Positions 32,683 to 41,594 of a DNA stretch of 64,000 nt are shown in pieces. The stretch is from an uncultured Chloroflexia bacterium (GTDB taxonomy: Bacteria; Chloroflexota; Limnocylindria; Limnocylindrales; CSP1-4): contig CAVTWU010000026.1 of the NCBI GenBank assembly GCA_963738475.1, positions 10,362-74,361 of the forward strand, read 5' to 3'. A program made the translations under genes and the position numbers. The first letter of the stretch is position 1; each line of letters starts with the position of its first letter. The notes under the pieces were generated by a model. It searched no databases. It worked only from the letters and a program-made list of their open reading frames with translations, and was not told where the DNA came from.

Positions 32683-33365
32683 GCGACCGACGTCGCGGGG
32701 CGGAGGACCGGGGCCTTGACCGTCTCGGTCGAGGCTCGAGCCACCCACACCAGGCCGAGGCCGGTGATGATGAACAGGAGGCCGACGCCCGCGAGGATCC
32801 CGGCCATCCCGAGTCCGAGCTGCAGGGCGGAGGCGGTCACGCTGCCGACGCCGAGCTCGGCGATGAGCGCGTGGGCCGTGCCGGTCCAGATCTGCCCGCG
32901 TGCCGCACCCTCGATCGGGTTGGCCCGGTTGAAGCCGGTCCAGTAGCGACCGTCGTTCGGGAACTCATACGTGCCGGCGGGGATCGTCTCGCCATTGAAC
33001 TCGCCCGGCTCGGTCAGGACGACCGTCGTCGTGCCGTGCAGGGTGTGATAGGCGATCGTCGCCATCTGGTACATGTACTCGCTGCTCGTGTTGACGAGCG
33101 GGTCGTTCGGGTTGAGCTCACTGTTGTCGACGCTGTAGCCCCAGTCGTTGACGAGGAGCGACATGATCGCGGCGGCCTCTTCGGGGTCTTCACCACCGAG
33201 GACGCCCTGGTCGTCATACGCGAGCTTGACATTCTGCGCGGCGCTGAATGCCTGCAGGGCCTCCGAGCCCTGGTTGACCCGATACAGCGCGTAGCCGCCG
33301 CCCGCGAGGAACCCGATGCCCATGACCGCGAGCACGACTCCGAGGATCTTCATTCGACCGTTCAT
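32679..33365 (-). CDS. Hypothetical bitopic protein (TM at both ends)
   Basis: ATG 33365 after GGAAGGA. TMs ILGVVLAVMGIGFLAGGGYAL and LGMAGILAGVGLLFIITGLGLVWV flank a domain of about 170 aa. Intact. Confidence 0.5.
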   Translation of the reverse strand: MNGRMKILGVVLAVMGIGFLAGGGYALYRVNQGSEALQAFSAAQNVKLAYDDQGVLGGEDPEEAAAIMSLLVNDWGYSVDNSELNPNDPLVNTSSEYMYQMATIAYHTLHGTTTVVLTEPGEFNGETIPAGTYEFPNDGRYWTGFNRANPIEGAARGQIWTGTAHALIAELGVGSVTASALQLGLGMAGILAGVGLLFIITGLGLVWVARASTETVKAPVLRPATSVA

Positions 33366-33590
33366 GACTCTCGTCCTTCCCTGGACTGGTGCGGCTCCGG
33401 TCTGGAACCGCTCTTCGTATCTGCTGGTCACAGCGTCAGGGAGTCGGGAGCCGAGCGGCAGGGGCCATGCCGACCCATCGTGGGGCCATCGGGCCCGCCT
33501 AGGGGGGCCGCACGGCCCGGGTCATGCGGCCGCGCTGGGCCGCCGGGTCCTTCAGCCCTGGGATGGCGGTCCGCTACGCTTGGCGGACGC

Positions 33591-34181
33591 ATGAGACTGA
33601 GGTCGATCGGACTCGTGATCCTCCCGAAGATCCGGGATCCGCGGTTCATCACCGTGCGTCGCGGCGGGACCCTCGCAGGGACGAGCGATCATCGTCTGCT
33701 CGCGGTGTGGGCGGCTGACTGCGCGGAGCACGTGCTGCACCACTTCGAGCAGGCACGGCCGACGGACGACCGTCCACGTCGGGCGATCGACCTCGGGCGT
33801 GCCTGGGCGCGGGGTGAGATCACGTGGGCGGAGGCCCGCACGGCGGCCGGCCATGCGAACGCCGCGGCCAGGGACCTGCGTGGGGCGGCACGGCATGCCG
33901 CGTACGCTGCCGGCCAGGCCGCGGCGGTGGGCCACGTGGCGGCCCACGAGCTCGGTGCCGCGGCCTACGCGATCAGGGCGGCGCAGGCGGCTGCGCCCGA
34001 GGACGAGCGCGAGGCGGCCGGCCGCGTGGAGTGCCGGTGGCAGCGCGCCCGGCTCCCCGACGCGATCCGAGACCTCGTGCTCGACGACCAGCGGCTGCGC
34101 AACGAGCTGTGCTGGTTCGTGTTCGACGGCTCACGGAGCCGCGCCGCGATGGCGCTCGACCTCGGCGGTCGATACCCCTGA
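33591..34181 (+). CDS. Helical protein resembling the Imm-5-like 'putative immunity protein' family
   Basis: LLAVWAADCAEHVLHHFE..DDRPRRAIDLGRAWARGEITWAEARTAAGHANAAARD..AARHAAYAAGQAAAVGHVAAHELGAAAYAIRA. The family call is from memory only. Confidence 0.4.
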   Translation: MRLRSIGLVILPKIRDPRFITVRRGGTLAGTSDHRLLAVWAADCAEHVLHHFEQARPTDDRPRRAIDLGRAWARGEITWAEARTAAGHANAAARDLRGAARHAAYAAGQAAAVGHVAAHELGAAAYAIRAAQAAAPEDEREAAGRVECRWQRARLPDAIRDLVLDDQRLRNELCWFVFDGSRSRAAMALDLGGRYP

Positions 34182-34185
34182 GGGG

Positions 34186-34250
34186 TATTGACAAAGGGCT
34201 TGACAAGGGGGTGTAAGGTTAGGGCACTAGGGCTTGTCAAGACTTGACAG
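34186..34250 (+). promoter_or_regulatory. Promoter/operator-like cluster upstream of dnaG
   Basis: TTGACA at 34188, 34200 and 34244. gggcttgacaag (34196-34207) and gggcttgtcaag (34230-34241) have cores cttgacaag/cttgtcaag that are exact reverse complements. Locally lower GC. Confidence 0.45.
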
Positions 34251-34274
34251 GCCCACAAGCATGTTCGGGACCCG

Positions 34275-36250
34275 GTGGATCGGCGGAGGTTCGGGCGGAT
34301 CACCTGGAGGGTGAGTTTGGCGGTCGGCGTCGCAGCCGAAGTGAAGAGCAAGTTGAGCGTCGTGGACGTGGTCGGCGAGACCGTCGCGCTCAAGAAGGCG
34401 GGCACCGCCTACAAGGGTCTGTGCCCGTTCCACGGTGAGAAGACACCCTCGTTCGTCGTCACGCCCCACCGCGAGACCTGGCACTGCTTCGGGTGCGGCC
34501 TGGGCGGCGACATCTTCAGCTTCGTCATGCAGCGCGACTCGGCCACCTTCCCGGAGGCGCTTCGGACCCTCGCCGGCAAGGCCGGCGTCGAGATCGACGA
34601 GCGGACCAAGCGCGAAGACGCCCACAAGGCTCGACTCCGCTCGGTCATGGACAGCGCCATCGCCTTCTACCACGCGGTCCTGACCGGCTCGAAGACCGGC
34701 GAGGCCGCCCTGGCCTACCTCCACGGCCGCGGCTTCACCGACGAGACGATCGCCGCCTACCAGCTCGGCTGGGCGCCCGGTGGCTGGGACACGATGACCC
34801 GCCAGCTCGCGGCCAAGCGCGACATCCGCCCCGAGGAGCTCGTCGAGGTCGGGCCTCGCCTCGCCGCGCCAGAACCGCTCCGGCGTCTACGACAAGTTCC
34901 GGGCGCGCGTCCTGTTCCCGATCCGCGACCAGAACGGCAGCGCGGTCGGGCTGGGCGGCCGGCTCCTCGAGGGCGAGGGGCCCAAGTACCTGAACACCCC
35001 GGCGACGCCGCTGTTCGACAAGAGTCGGACGCTCTATCTCATCGATCGCGCCAAGTCGTCCATCCGCAAGTCCGGCCAGGCCGTCATCGTCGAGGGCTAC
35101 ACGGACGCGTTGATGGCCCACCAGGCCGGCTTCGACAACGTCGTCGCCTCGCCTGGGGACCGCGCTCACGCCCGGCCAGGTCGCGCTGCTGACCCGCTAC
35201 GCGACGCGGATCGCGCTGGCGTACGACGTCGATGCGGCCGGCGAGAAGGCCGGGACCGTCGGCGTGACCGCGATCGCCGGACTCATCGGCCAGCTCCAGC
35301 ACGGCGACTCGGGCGTGAAGCTCGAGGACGTTCGCGTCGTCGGCCTGCCGGACGGCAAGGATCCCGACGACGTCGTCCGCGAGACGCCCGACGTCGTGGG
35401 AGGCGGCCGTCGCCAAGGCCAAGCCGCTCGTCGAGTACCTCATCGGCTACCACGCGGATCGGTTCGACCTCAAGACCGCGCGCCGGCCGGATCGGGTTCG
35501 TGGAGGCGGTCATGCCGTCCATCCGCGACATCGCCGATCCGCTCCGCCAGGGCGAGGCGCTCGGCGAGGTCCGGCGGGTGTCGGGCGTCGAGGAGCGCGA
35601 CGCTGCGCCAGGTCCTGGAGCGACCGGCTCGGAACCCGCTGACGGCGGGCCACGGGAGTGGGGGAGCGGCCGCCGACGCCCAGAGCCGGATCAGCGCGGA
35701 TGCCGTGCTGAACTCGCCGGACGCCCTGCCGATCAACGACATCCTGCGGGCGGTCACGCCGGTCGAGAGCGAACTGCTGCGCCTCCTGCTGCTCGTCCCG
35801 GACCAGCAGCTCCGGGTCGCCGAGGAGCTCGGGCCGGACCAGCTGCCGAGCACGGTCGCGCGCGAACTGTTCCGGGCGATCGTGCTCCAGCGCGAGTCGG
35901 ACGACCAGGGGATCCACCCGCCGTTCGACGGCGCGGCCCTGCTCCTGACGGTCGATGACGAAACGGCAGCGCTCGCTCGAGCGTTATATGCCAAGCCGGG
36001 GCCGGACCCGCGCACGCTGGGTGCGTCCCAGCTCCACTACGAAGTCACCCGCCTGCTCCTCGAGCTCGAGGACGACCAGCTGCGCGAACGCAGCGACTAC
36101 AACGAGGCCGCCCAGGGGGAGGCCGAACGTGCCGGCGATCGAGAAGCGATCGACCGGCTGATGCTCGAACGACGCCAGATCAACGAAGCACGCCGGTCTC
36201 TCGACCGTCGCCGCGAAGAGACCCGCATGTTCGTCAGTCCCAGGAGGTAA
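34275..36250 (+). CDS. dnaG: DNA primase, frameshifted
   Basis: Zn finger [94 protein letters not shown]. At least 5 frame hops at 34860-35500. Start is GTG 34275 or 34311. Confidence 0.9.
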
Positions 36251-36254
36251 GTCC

Positions 36255-37991
36255 ATGCCCGCCGATCCCCTCGACAAGCAACTCGTCGAAGCCGTCCTGT
36301 CCCGCCCGCGCCGCTCCAAGGCCGAACTCGAGGAGGCCAAGACCGCCGGCCTGCGCCCGTCGCGCGCCAAGGCCGGCACCGCGGTGGCCAGCGCCGATGA
36401 CGACGACGACGATGACGACGATCTGGACCTGGGCCCGGACGCGGCGGCCGCCGACGGCGCCGATGTCGGGATCATCGTGGTCGCCGACGACCTGCCGGCC
36501 GACGTCGCTGCGGCGCTGCCGGCCGACGCCCCGGCGAAGCTCGACCCCAAGACGGTCGAGGAGCCCTCCGCCGAGGACCTCGAGGCCATCTCCGCCGACA
36601 TGATCGGGATCGACGACCCGGTCCGGATGTACCTCAAGGAGATCGGCAAGGTCGCCCTGCTCACCGCCGAGGAAGAGGTCGTCCTGGCGAAGGCGATCGA
36701 GCTCGGCGAGCAGCTGGCCGAGGAGCCGTGGAAGGGCATCGTCTCGCTCCACGAGTGGACCCTCCACGACACCGAGCGCAAGACGCGCACCATGAAGCAG
36801 CAGCACCGGCTGCCGTTCGGGCCCGAGGCGCACGAGATGGTCCGCGCGGCGATCTCGTCCGACCTGGCCGCGGACCTGCTGGTCCCGACGCCGGACTTCC
36901 ACCTGGTGAAGGCCGGTCGCGACGCCCAGTCCGAGGGCACGAAGGAGCGGCTCAAGGAAGCCCGCAAGCTGCTGCACGCGTACAGCGAGACGCCTCTCGC
37001 CGGAGTCGTTCCTGGAGCTGATGGACTGGTCGTACCTGGCGGTCCACAACGGCGACCTCGACTCGCGCGACAACGTCGGGCCTGCGCGCCATCTACGACT
37101 GGACCCGCGACGGCGTCGCCTTCCCGGCGATGCAGCGCTGGATCGAGGCCGGCAACGACGCCGACCTGCTGCATGTCGATGGGCTACGACCCGGAGCTGC
37201 CGTCCACCACGAAGCTGCGCGATCGCAAGGGCGAGATCGTGGCCATCGGGCGTGACGCGCGCGAGCAGCTGACCTCGGCCAACCTGCGGCTGGTCGTGTC
37301 GATCGCGAAGAAGTACATCGGGCGCGGGATGTCGTTCCTGGACCTCATCCAGGAAGGCAACATCGGCCTGATCCGGGCGGTCGAGAAGTTCGACTTCGAG
37401 AAGGGCTTCAAGTTCTCCACGTACGCCACGTGGTGGATCCGCCAGGCCATCACCCGGGCCATCGCGGACCAGGCGCGGACGATCCGCATCCCGGTCCACA
37501 TGGTGGAGACGATCAACCGGCTGATCCGCGTCTCGCGCGGGCTCCTCCAGGAGCTGGGCCGCGAGCCGACGGTCGAGGAGATCGCCGAGGCGATGTCCAA
37601 GGGCCAGGAGGTCCAGGTCACGCCCGAGAAGGTCCGCGAGATCATCAAGGTCTCGCAGGAGCCGGTCTCGCTCGAGACCCCGATCGGCGAGGAGGAGGAC
37701 TCCCACCTCGGCGACTTCATCGAGGACCGGGGGGCGCTGGCTCCGGCCGAGGCCGCGTCGCACCAGCTCCTCAAGGAGCAGGTCGAGGCGGTGCTGGACT
37801 CCCTGACCGGGCGCGAGCGGCGCGTGCTGCAGCTCCGGTTCGGCCTCGAGGACGGGCGTGCCCGGACCCTCGAGGAAGTCGGCAAGGAGTTCAACGTCAC
37901 CCGCGAGCGCATCCGCCAGATCGAGGCGAAGGCGCTCCGCAAGCTCCGCCACCCGTCCCGCAGCCGCAAGCTCAAGGACTACCTGGAGTAG
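36255..37991 (+). CDS. rpoD: Primary RNA polymerase sigma factor (RpoD/HrdB-type), frameshifted
   Basis: Region 1.2 [29 protein letters not shown]. Region 2 [61 protein letters not shown]. Region 3 [17 protein letters not shown]. Region 4.2 [29 protein letters not shown]. Starts 4 nt after the dnaG stop. Compensating hops around 37000-37190. Confidence 0.95.
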   Translation: MPADPLDKQLVEAVLSRPRRSKAELEEAKTAGLRPSRAKAGTAVASADDDDDDDDDLDLGPDAAAADGADVGIIVVADDLPADVAAALPADAPAKLDPKTVEEPSAEDLEAISADMIGIDDPVRMYLKEIGKVALLTAEEEVVLAKAIELGEQLAEEPWKGIVSLHEWTLHDTERKTRTMKQQHRLPFGPEAHEMVRAAISSDLAADLLVPTPDFHLVKAGRDAQSEGTKERLKEARKLLHAYSETPLAGVVPGADGLVVPGGPQRRPRLARQRRACAPSTTGPATASPSRRCSAGSRPATTPTCCMSMGYDPELPSTTKLRDRKGEIVAIGRDAREQLTSANLRLVVSIAKKYIGRGMSFLDLIQEGNIGLIRAVEKFDFEKGFKFSTYATWWIRQAITRAIADQARTIRIPVHMVETINRLIRVSRGLLQELGREPTVEEIAEAMSKGQEVQVTPEKVREIIKVSQEPVSLETPIGEEEDSHLGDFIEDRGALAPAEAASHQLLKEQVEAVLDSLTGRERRVLQLRFGLEDGRARTLEEVGKEFNVTRERIRQIEAKALRKLRHPSRSRKLKDYLE

Positions 37992-38006
37992 ACCCGCGGT
38001 CCGTGG

Positions 38007-38026
38007 CCACTCCCCGGGGAGTGGCT
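38007..38026 (+). terminator. Hairpin 1 after rpoD
   Basis: gccactcccc/ggggagtggc, a perfect 20-nt palindrome starting 16 nt after the rpoD stop. Confidence 0.5.
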
Positions 38027-38058
38027 GGGGGCCGGCCGCCCGACAGCGCTGCCCAAGC

Positions 38059-38090
38059 GAACGAGCCCGGCCCGACGGCCGGGCTCGTTC
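38059..38090 (+). terminator. Hairpin 2 after rpoD
   Basis: gaacgagcccggcc-cgac-ggccgggctcgttc. 14-bp perfect stem, 4-nt loop, no U-tract (common in GC-rich genomes). Confidence 0.6.
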
Positions 38091-38439
38091 GTACCTGCGG
38101 GAGCGTGGGGGGCCGCGCCGGGGCGGCCACCCCGGGCAGGCCGCTCGCGCGGCCTGGCGCGTGCGATGGCTCCGGGCGCTGGATGTGCATGCCGCGCAAT
38201 CGATCGACGATGCGTTGCATGAGGCGCAAGCACTGTCGCTCATGCCGCGGGTCGGCGTCGGATCCTTGCGTCCGATGCAAGAGACCGGCGCGTCCGGGCC
38301 AGGCACGAGGCCCGGTTCGCTCGTGTCGTGTGTCTGATGCAATCGTCGAGCAGGGACGGGCTTGAGGACCACACGGTAGCGAGTTGGTTGCGTCGTGGCG
38401 CAAGCGGCCTGGTCTGAGCGCGACAGCAGCCTACAGGAG

Positions 38440-39092
38440 ACGATCGAGCTCACCCAGGGTCGACTCCCGCGCCAGAGCAACTCCAGCAGCGCGGTCCGGG
38501 CATCGGAAACCGCTCGCCGGAAGGCATCGTCGTTCGAGCGCACGAAGTCGCGGTTGTATCTCGAGTCCAGCAGCAACAGGACCAGATCGACACGTCGCCG
38601 TCCCGCAGCTTCAGGGCGAGCCGGCGCTCGAGGGCCTGTCGGTCGCGAGGTCGCGGTCTCGGCCTCGACGCCAGACCGCCAGCTGGGCCCCTGGATCACG
38701 GCATCCCAGGCTCGTCGTCGCGCGGGTCGGGAAACGGGACCTCTGTCCGCAGCCGCAGCGACGGATGGACCGCGCTCGAAAGCGCCGAGGAGGGCAGCGT
38801 GCGCGGCGTCCCGGATCGGCTGGCCGCTTGGATACACGCGGACCGACAGGTCGCATCCGATGGCTGCCGCGATCAGCGCCGCCTGCTCGGATCGACACGG
38901 ACCCGGACAGCCCTCGCTCGATCCGGCTGTACTGGCCGGCGAGAGGCCGACGGCGCGAGCCACGCCGCACCGCTCGAGTCCTCGGTCGATGCGACCAGCC
39001 CGCGAGATCGCGCAGCACGTCGAGATGAGCTCGCGAGCGCGCGCGGCACCGACGTCCGAGCGCCGCTCTCGAGTTCCCATGGCACGAGCCAC
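38440..39092 (-). CDS. XRE-family HTH protein with C-terminal uncharacterised domain, frameshifted
   Basis: MARAMGTRER. HTH pieces across frames: LLRDLAGWS, ARAVGLSPAQYSRIERG, AALIAAAIGCDLSVRVYPSGQPIRDAAHAALL. C-terminal VDLVLLLLDSRYNRDFVRSNDDAFRRA. At least 4 hops; 3' end approximate. Confidence 0.55.
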
Positions 39093-39161
39093 GACGCCAG
39101 TCGCCAGCCGGCGCTCACCAGCGGCTTACTCGCGCGCCTCGCCGCGCGGTAGCATCCCGGC

Positions 39162-39678
39162 ATGGACCTGAACGCGTTCTATGCCACGGTCAGCACGATC
39201 AGCTTCACGTTGCTCGGGTTGTGGTGGGTCGTCGTGCAGTCGCGGCCGACCCTCTGGACGGACCTGACGCATCGGCGGATGGCGTACGCCATCTCGTTCC
39301 ACTTCCTGCTGCCCGGGATGATGGCGATCCTGTCGATGATCGCGCCCGACTCGCCATTCCTGTGGCGGACGACGTTCACGCTGGCTGGACTCACGGGGCT
39401 CATCGGGGCGATCTACTACGTTCGGACCCTGCGTGACGGGCCATGACTGCCCGCGGATCGTGCGCATCGTCGAGTGGGTCGTCGATCCCGATCTACGCGG
39501 TGATCACGGCTGTCGCGCTGTTCCCCGAGTTCGTCCGCAACCTCGGCTGGAACCTGACCCCGTTGCAGGTCGAAGGGATCATCCTCTCGATCCTGCTGTT
39601 CCTCGGGGTCCAGGCGGCCTGGGTCCTCATGATCGAGCCGCCGAAGACGCCCGAGGACCAGGACCGCCGACCGCCTAG
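39162..39678 (+). CDS. Hypothetical polytopic membrane protein, frameshifted
   Basis: MDLNAFYATVSTISFTLLGLWWVVVQS..AISFHFLLPGMMAILSMIAP..TLAGLTGLIGAIYYV. After hops, IPIYAVITAVALFPEF..GIILSILLFLGVQAAWVLMI. Confidence 0.4.
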
Positions 39679-39700
39679 CCCCGCCGACGGCCCGGGCGCC

Positions 39701-40529
39701 TCACCCGGCTCCGGTCCCGTCGCGACCGGGTACCCCGCCGTGCTCCAGTCGCTCCACGAACCCGGGTAGAGGAGCGGGGCCGGGAGGCCGGCGAGGCGCA
39801 TCGCCAGCACGTCGTGGCAGGCCGAGACCCCGCTGCCGCACGAAGCCACGACCTCCGCCGAACCCGCTGCGCCGAGGTCGCCATACCGGACCCGCAGCGC
39901 GTCCGCCGGGAGGAACGTCCCATCCGACCCCAGGTTGCCGTCGGTCGGGGCGTTGATCGCGGTCGGGATGTGGCCGGCGATCGGGTCGATCGGCTCGACC
40001 TCCCCTCGATACCGTGGCGCACCACGCGCGTCCAGCAGCACGACCTCGCCGAGGCGCGCCCGCAGCCCGTCTCGATCGATGACGTTCGTCCAGTGGTCGG
40101 CCAGGGTCAGCGAGGCCGCCGGCCACGCGGGCACGTCGACCGTCGTCGGAAGCCCGGCTGCCAGCCACGCCGGGAATCCGCCATCGAGCACGGAGACCGC
40201 ACGATGCCCGAGGTCGTCGAGCATCCACCACAGCCGTGCGGCGACCCATCCGCCGACATCGTCGTAGACCACGATCTCGTGCGATGACCGATCCCGAGCG
40301 CGCCGAGCCGCGCGGCGAGCAGGCCGGCTCGGGCAGGGGATGCCGGCCCGGCCCGGACGGCGCGGCCAGGTCCGTGTCCATGTCGACGTGGATCGCGCCC
40401 GGCACGTGGCCGGCGTCGTAGGCCGCGCGACCCTCGCCGGGCTTGCCCGAGATACCAGCGGGCGTCCACGACTCGAACCGCCGGATCGTCCAGTCGCGCC
40501 GCGAGATCGCGGACCGAGGTGAGGCTCAT
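39701..40529 (-). CDS. Thiosulfate/3-mercaptopyruvate sulfurtransferase (tandem rhodanese), frameshifted
   Basis: ATG 40529 [65 protein letters not shown]. Active-site loop [21 protein letters not shown]. At least 4 hops; stop approximate. Confidence 0.8.
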
Positions 40530-40632
40530 GTCCGGAGTATCGCAGGCGGCCCGCCCCGCCGACCTCGTGCTATCCTTCGCGCGGTGCCGGACCCCGGCGC
40601 CCGACGTTCGAGGCTGCGGCCCCACGTCCCGT

Positions 40633-40707
40633 TCCGGCGTAGCTCAGTGGTAGAGCGGGCGACTGTTAATCGCTTGGTCGTAAGTTCGAATCTTACCGCC
40701 GGAGCCA
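40633..40707 (+). tRNA. tRNA-Asn (anticodon GTT)
   Basis: 75-nt cloverleaf. Acceptor TCCGGCG/CGCCGGA, D arm GCTC-AGTGGTA-GAGC, anticodon arm GGCGA-CTGTTAA-TCGCT, T arm GTAAG-TTCGAAT-CTTAC, discriminator G, encoded CCA. Confidence 0.9.
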
Positions 40708-40876
40708 TCTCTCCCCAGTCCCAGCGTGCGGCCCGGATCAGCGCATGCGCCCGGGTCTGTGCGCGCGGCCCGGCGACGGACAGAGACGGCGCCCGGCGAC
40801 AGACAGAGACGGCCCCGGATCCAGAACGGACCCGGGGCCGGGATCGAGCCGATGACACGGCTCGTGGGCGCCCTGG

Positions 40877-41083
40877 CTAGAAGCGGCGGCGACCCGGCGT
40901 GACGGCGGCCCCGACGACGGCGGCCTTGGCGACGGGCGAGGGCCCGGGACTCACCGCGGCGCCGACGACGGCGGCCTTGGCGACCGGCGACGGGCCGGGA
41001 CTGGCGACGGCGCCGACGACGGCGACCTTGGCGACGGGTCCACCGATGACGCCGACGCCTCGGCGACCTGGTCCGAGCGGCAT
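40877..41083 (-). CDS. Small hydrophobic protein built from a triplicated 17-aa unit
   Basis: ATG 41083, 1 nt after the upstream stop. MPLGPGRRGVGVIG, then three copies of PVAK(A/V)AVVGA(A/V)(V/A)SPGPS-like units (51-nt period). Confidence 0.4.
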   Translation of the reverse strand: MPLGPGRRGVGVIGGPVAKVAVVGAVASPGPSPVAKAAVVGAAVSPGPSPVAKAAVVGAAVTPGRRRF

Positions 41084-41084
41084 G

Positions 41085-41543
41085 TCAGACTCCTTCTGCG
41101 ACGAGGGCTTCGTCGGCTTCGACGGCGGCGATGAGGGCCTGGATCGGGATCCGGCCGTTGGCGATCAGCTGACCACCGGCGCGGCGCATGGCCGAGCCGA
41201 ACGGGGCGGCCCACAGGTTCTCGTAGACGAGGACGCCGGCGACGCTGCCGGGATCCATGGCGGCTGCGAGGTGGTCGACGTCGTCCTCGGCCAGGGTCTG
41301 CACGAGCTGCGCCTCGAGCCGCGGCGAGCTCGCCGAGCTCGGCGAGGTCGGACAGCTCCATCGCCTCGACCGTGCCGTCGGCGTCCTTGGCGAGGATGAG
41401 GATGTCCATGACCCGGATGATCCCGGCATCGTGCAGCCGGACGAGTCCGCGGCGCCCTCGCCGGTGAAGTTCTGGGCCCCCGCCGGGAACTCGACGATCA
41501 GGTAATCGACGGGCCCCAGCTCGTCGAGCGATCGATCGGTCAT
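41085..41543 (-). CDS. Conserved hypothetical protein, DUF6325-like, frameshifted
   Basis: MTDRSLDELGPVDYLIVEFPAGAQNFTGEGAA. IIRVMDILILAKDADGTVEAMELSDLAELGEL. LAEDDVDHLAAAMDPGSVAGVLVYENLWAAPFGSAMRRAGGQLIANGRIPIQALIAAVE. The family call is from memory. Confidence 0.45.
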   Translation of the reverse strand: MTDRSLDELGPVDYLIVEFPAGAQNFTGEGAADSSGCTMPGSSGSWTSSSSPRTPTARSRRWSCPTSPSSASSPRLEAQLVQTLAEDDVDHLAAAMDPGSVAGVLVYENLWAAPFGSAMRRAGGQLIANGRIPIQALIAAVEADEALVAEGV

Positions 41544-41594
41544 GACTCCTGCCTTTCGTTGGTCCGGCTCGACAGGAGCCGAGATACAGCGTGG

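Noticed and set aside
36234-39092. 952-aa minus-strand ORF, the longest in the track
   Set aside because: From 36255 to 37991 it is antisense to an unmistakable rpoD. It has Arg/Gly/Asp-rich shadow composition typical of GC-rich antisense frames. Only its first ~200 codons (38440-39092) look like a real gene, the XRE-type gene.
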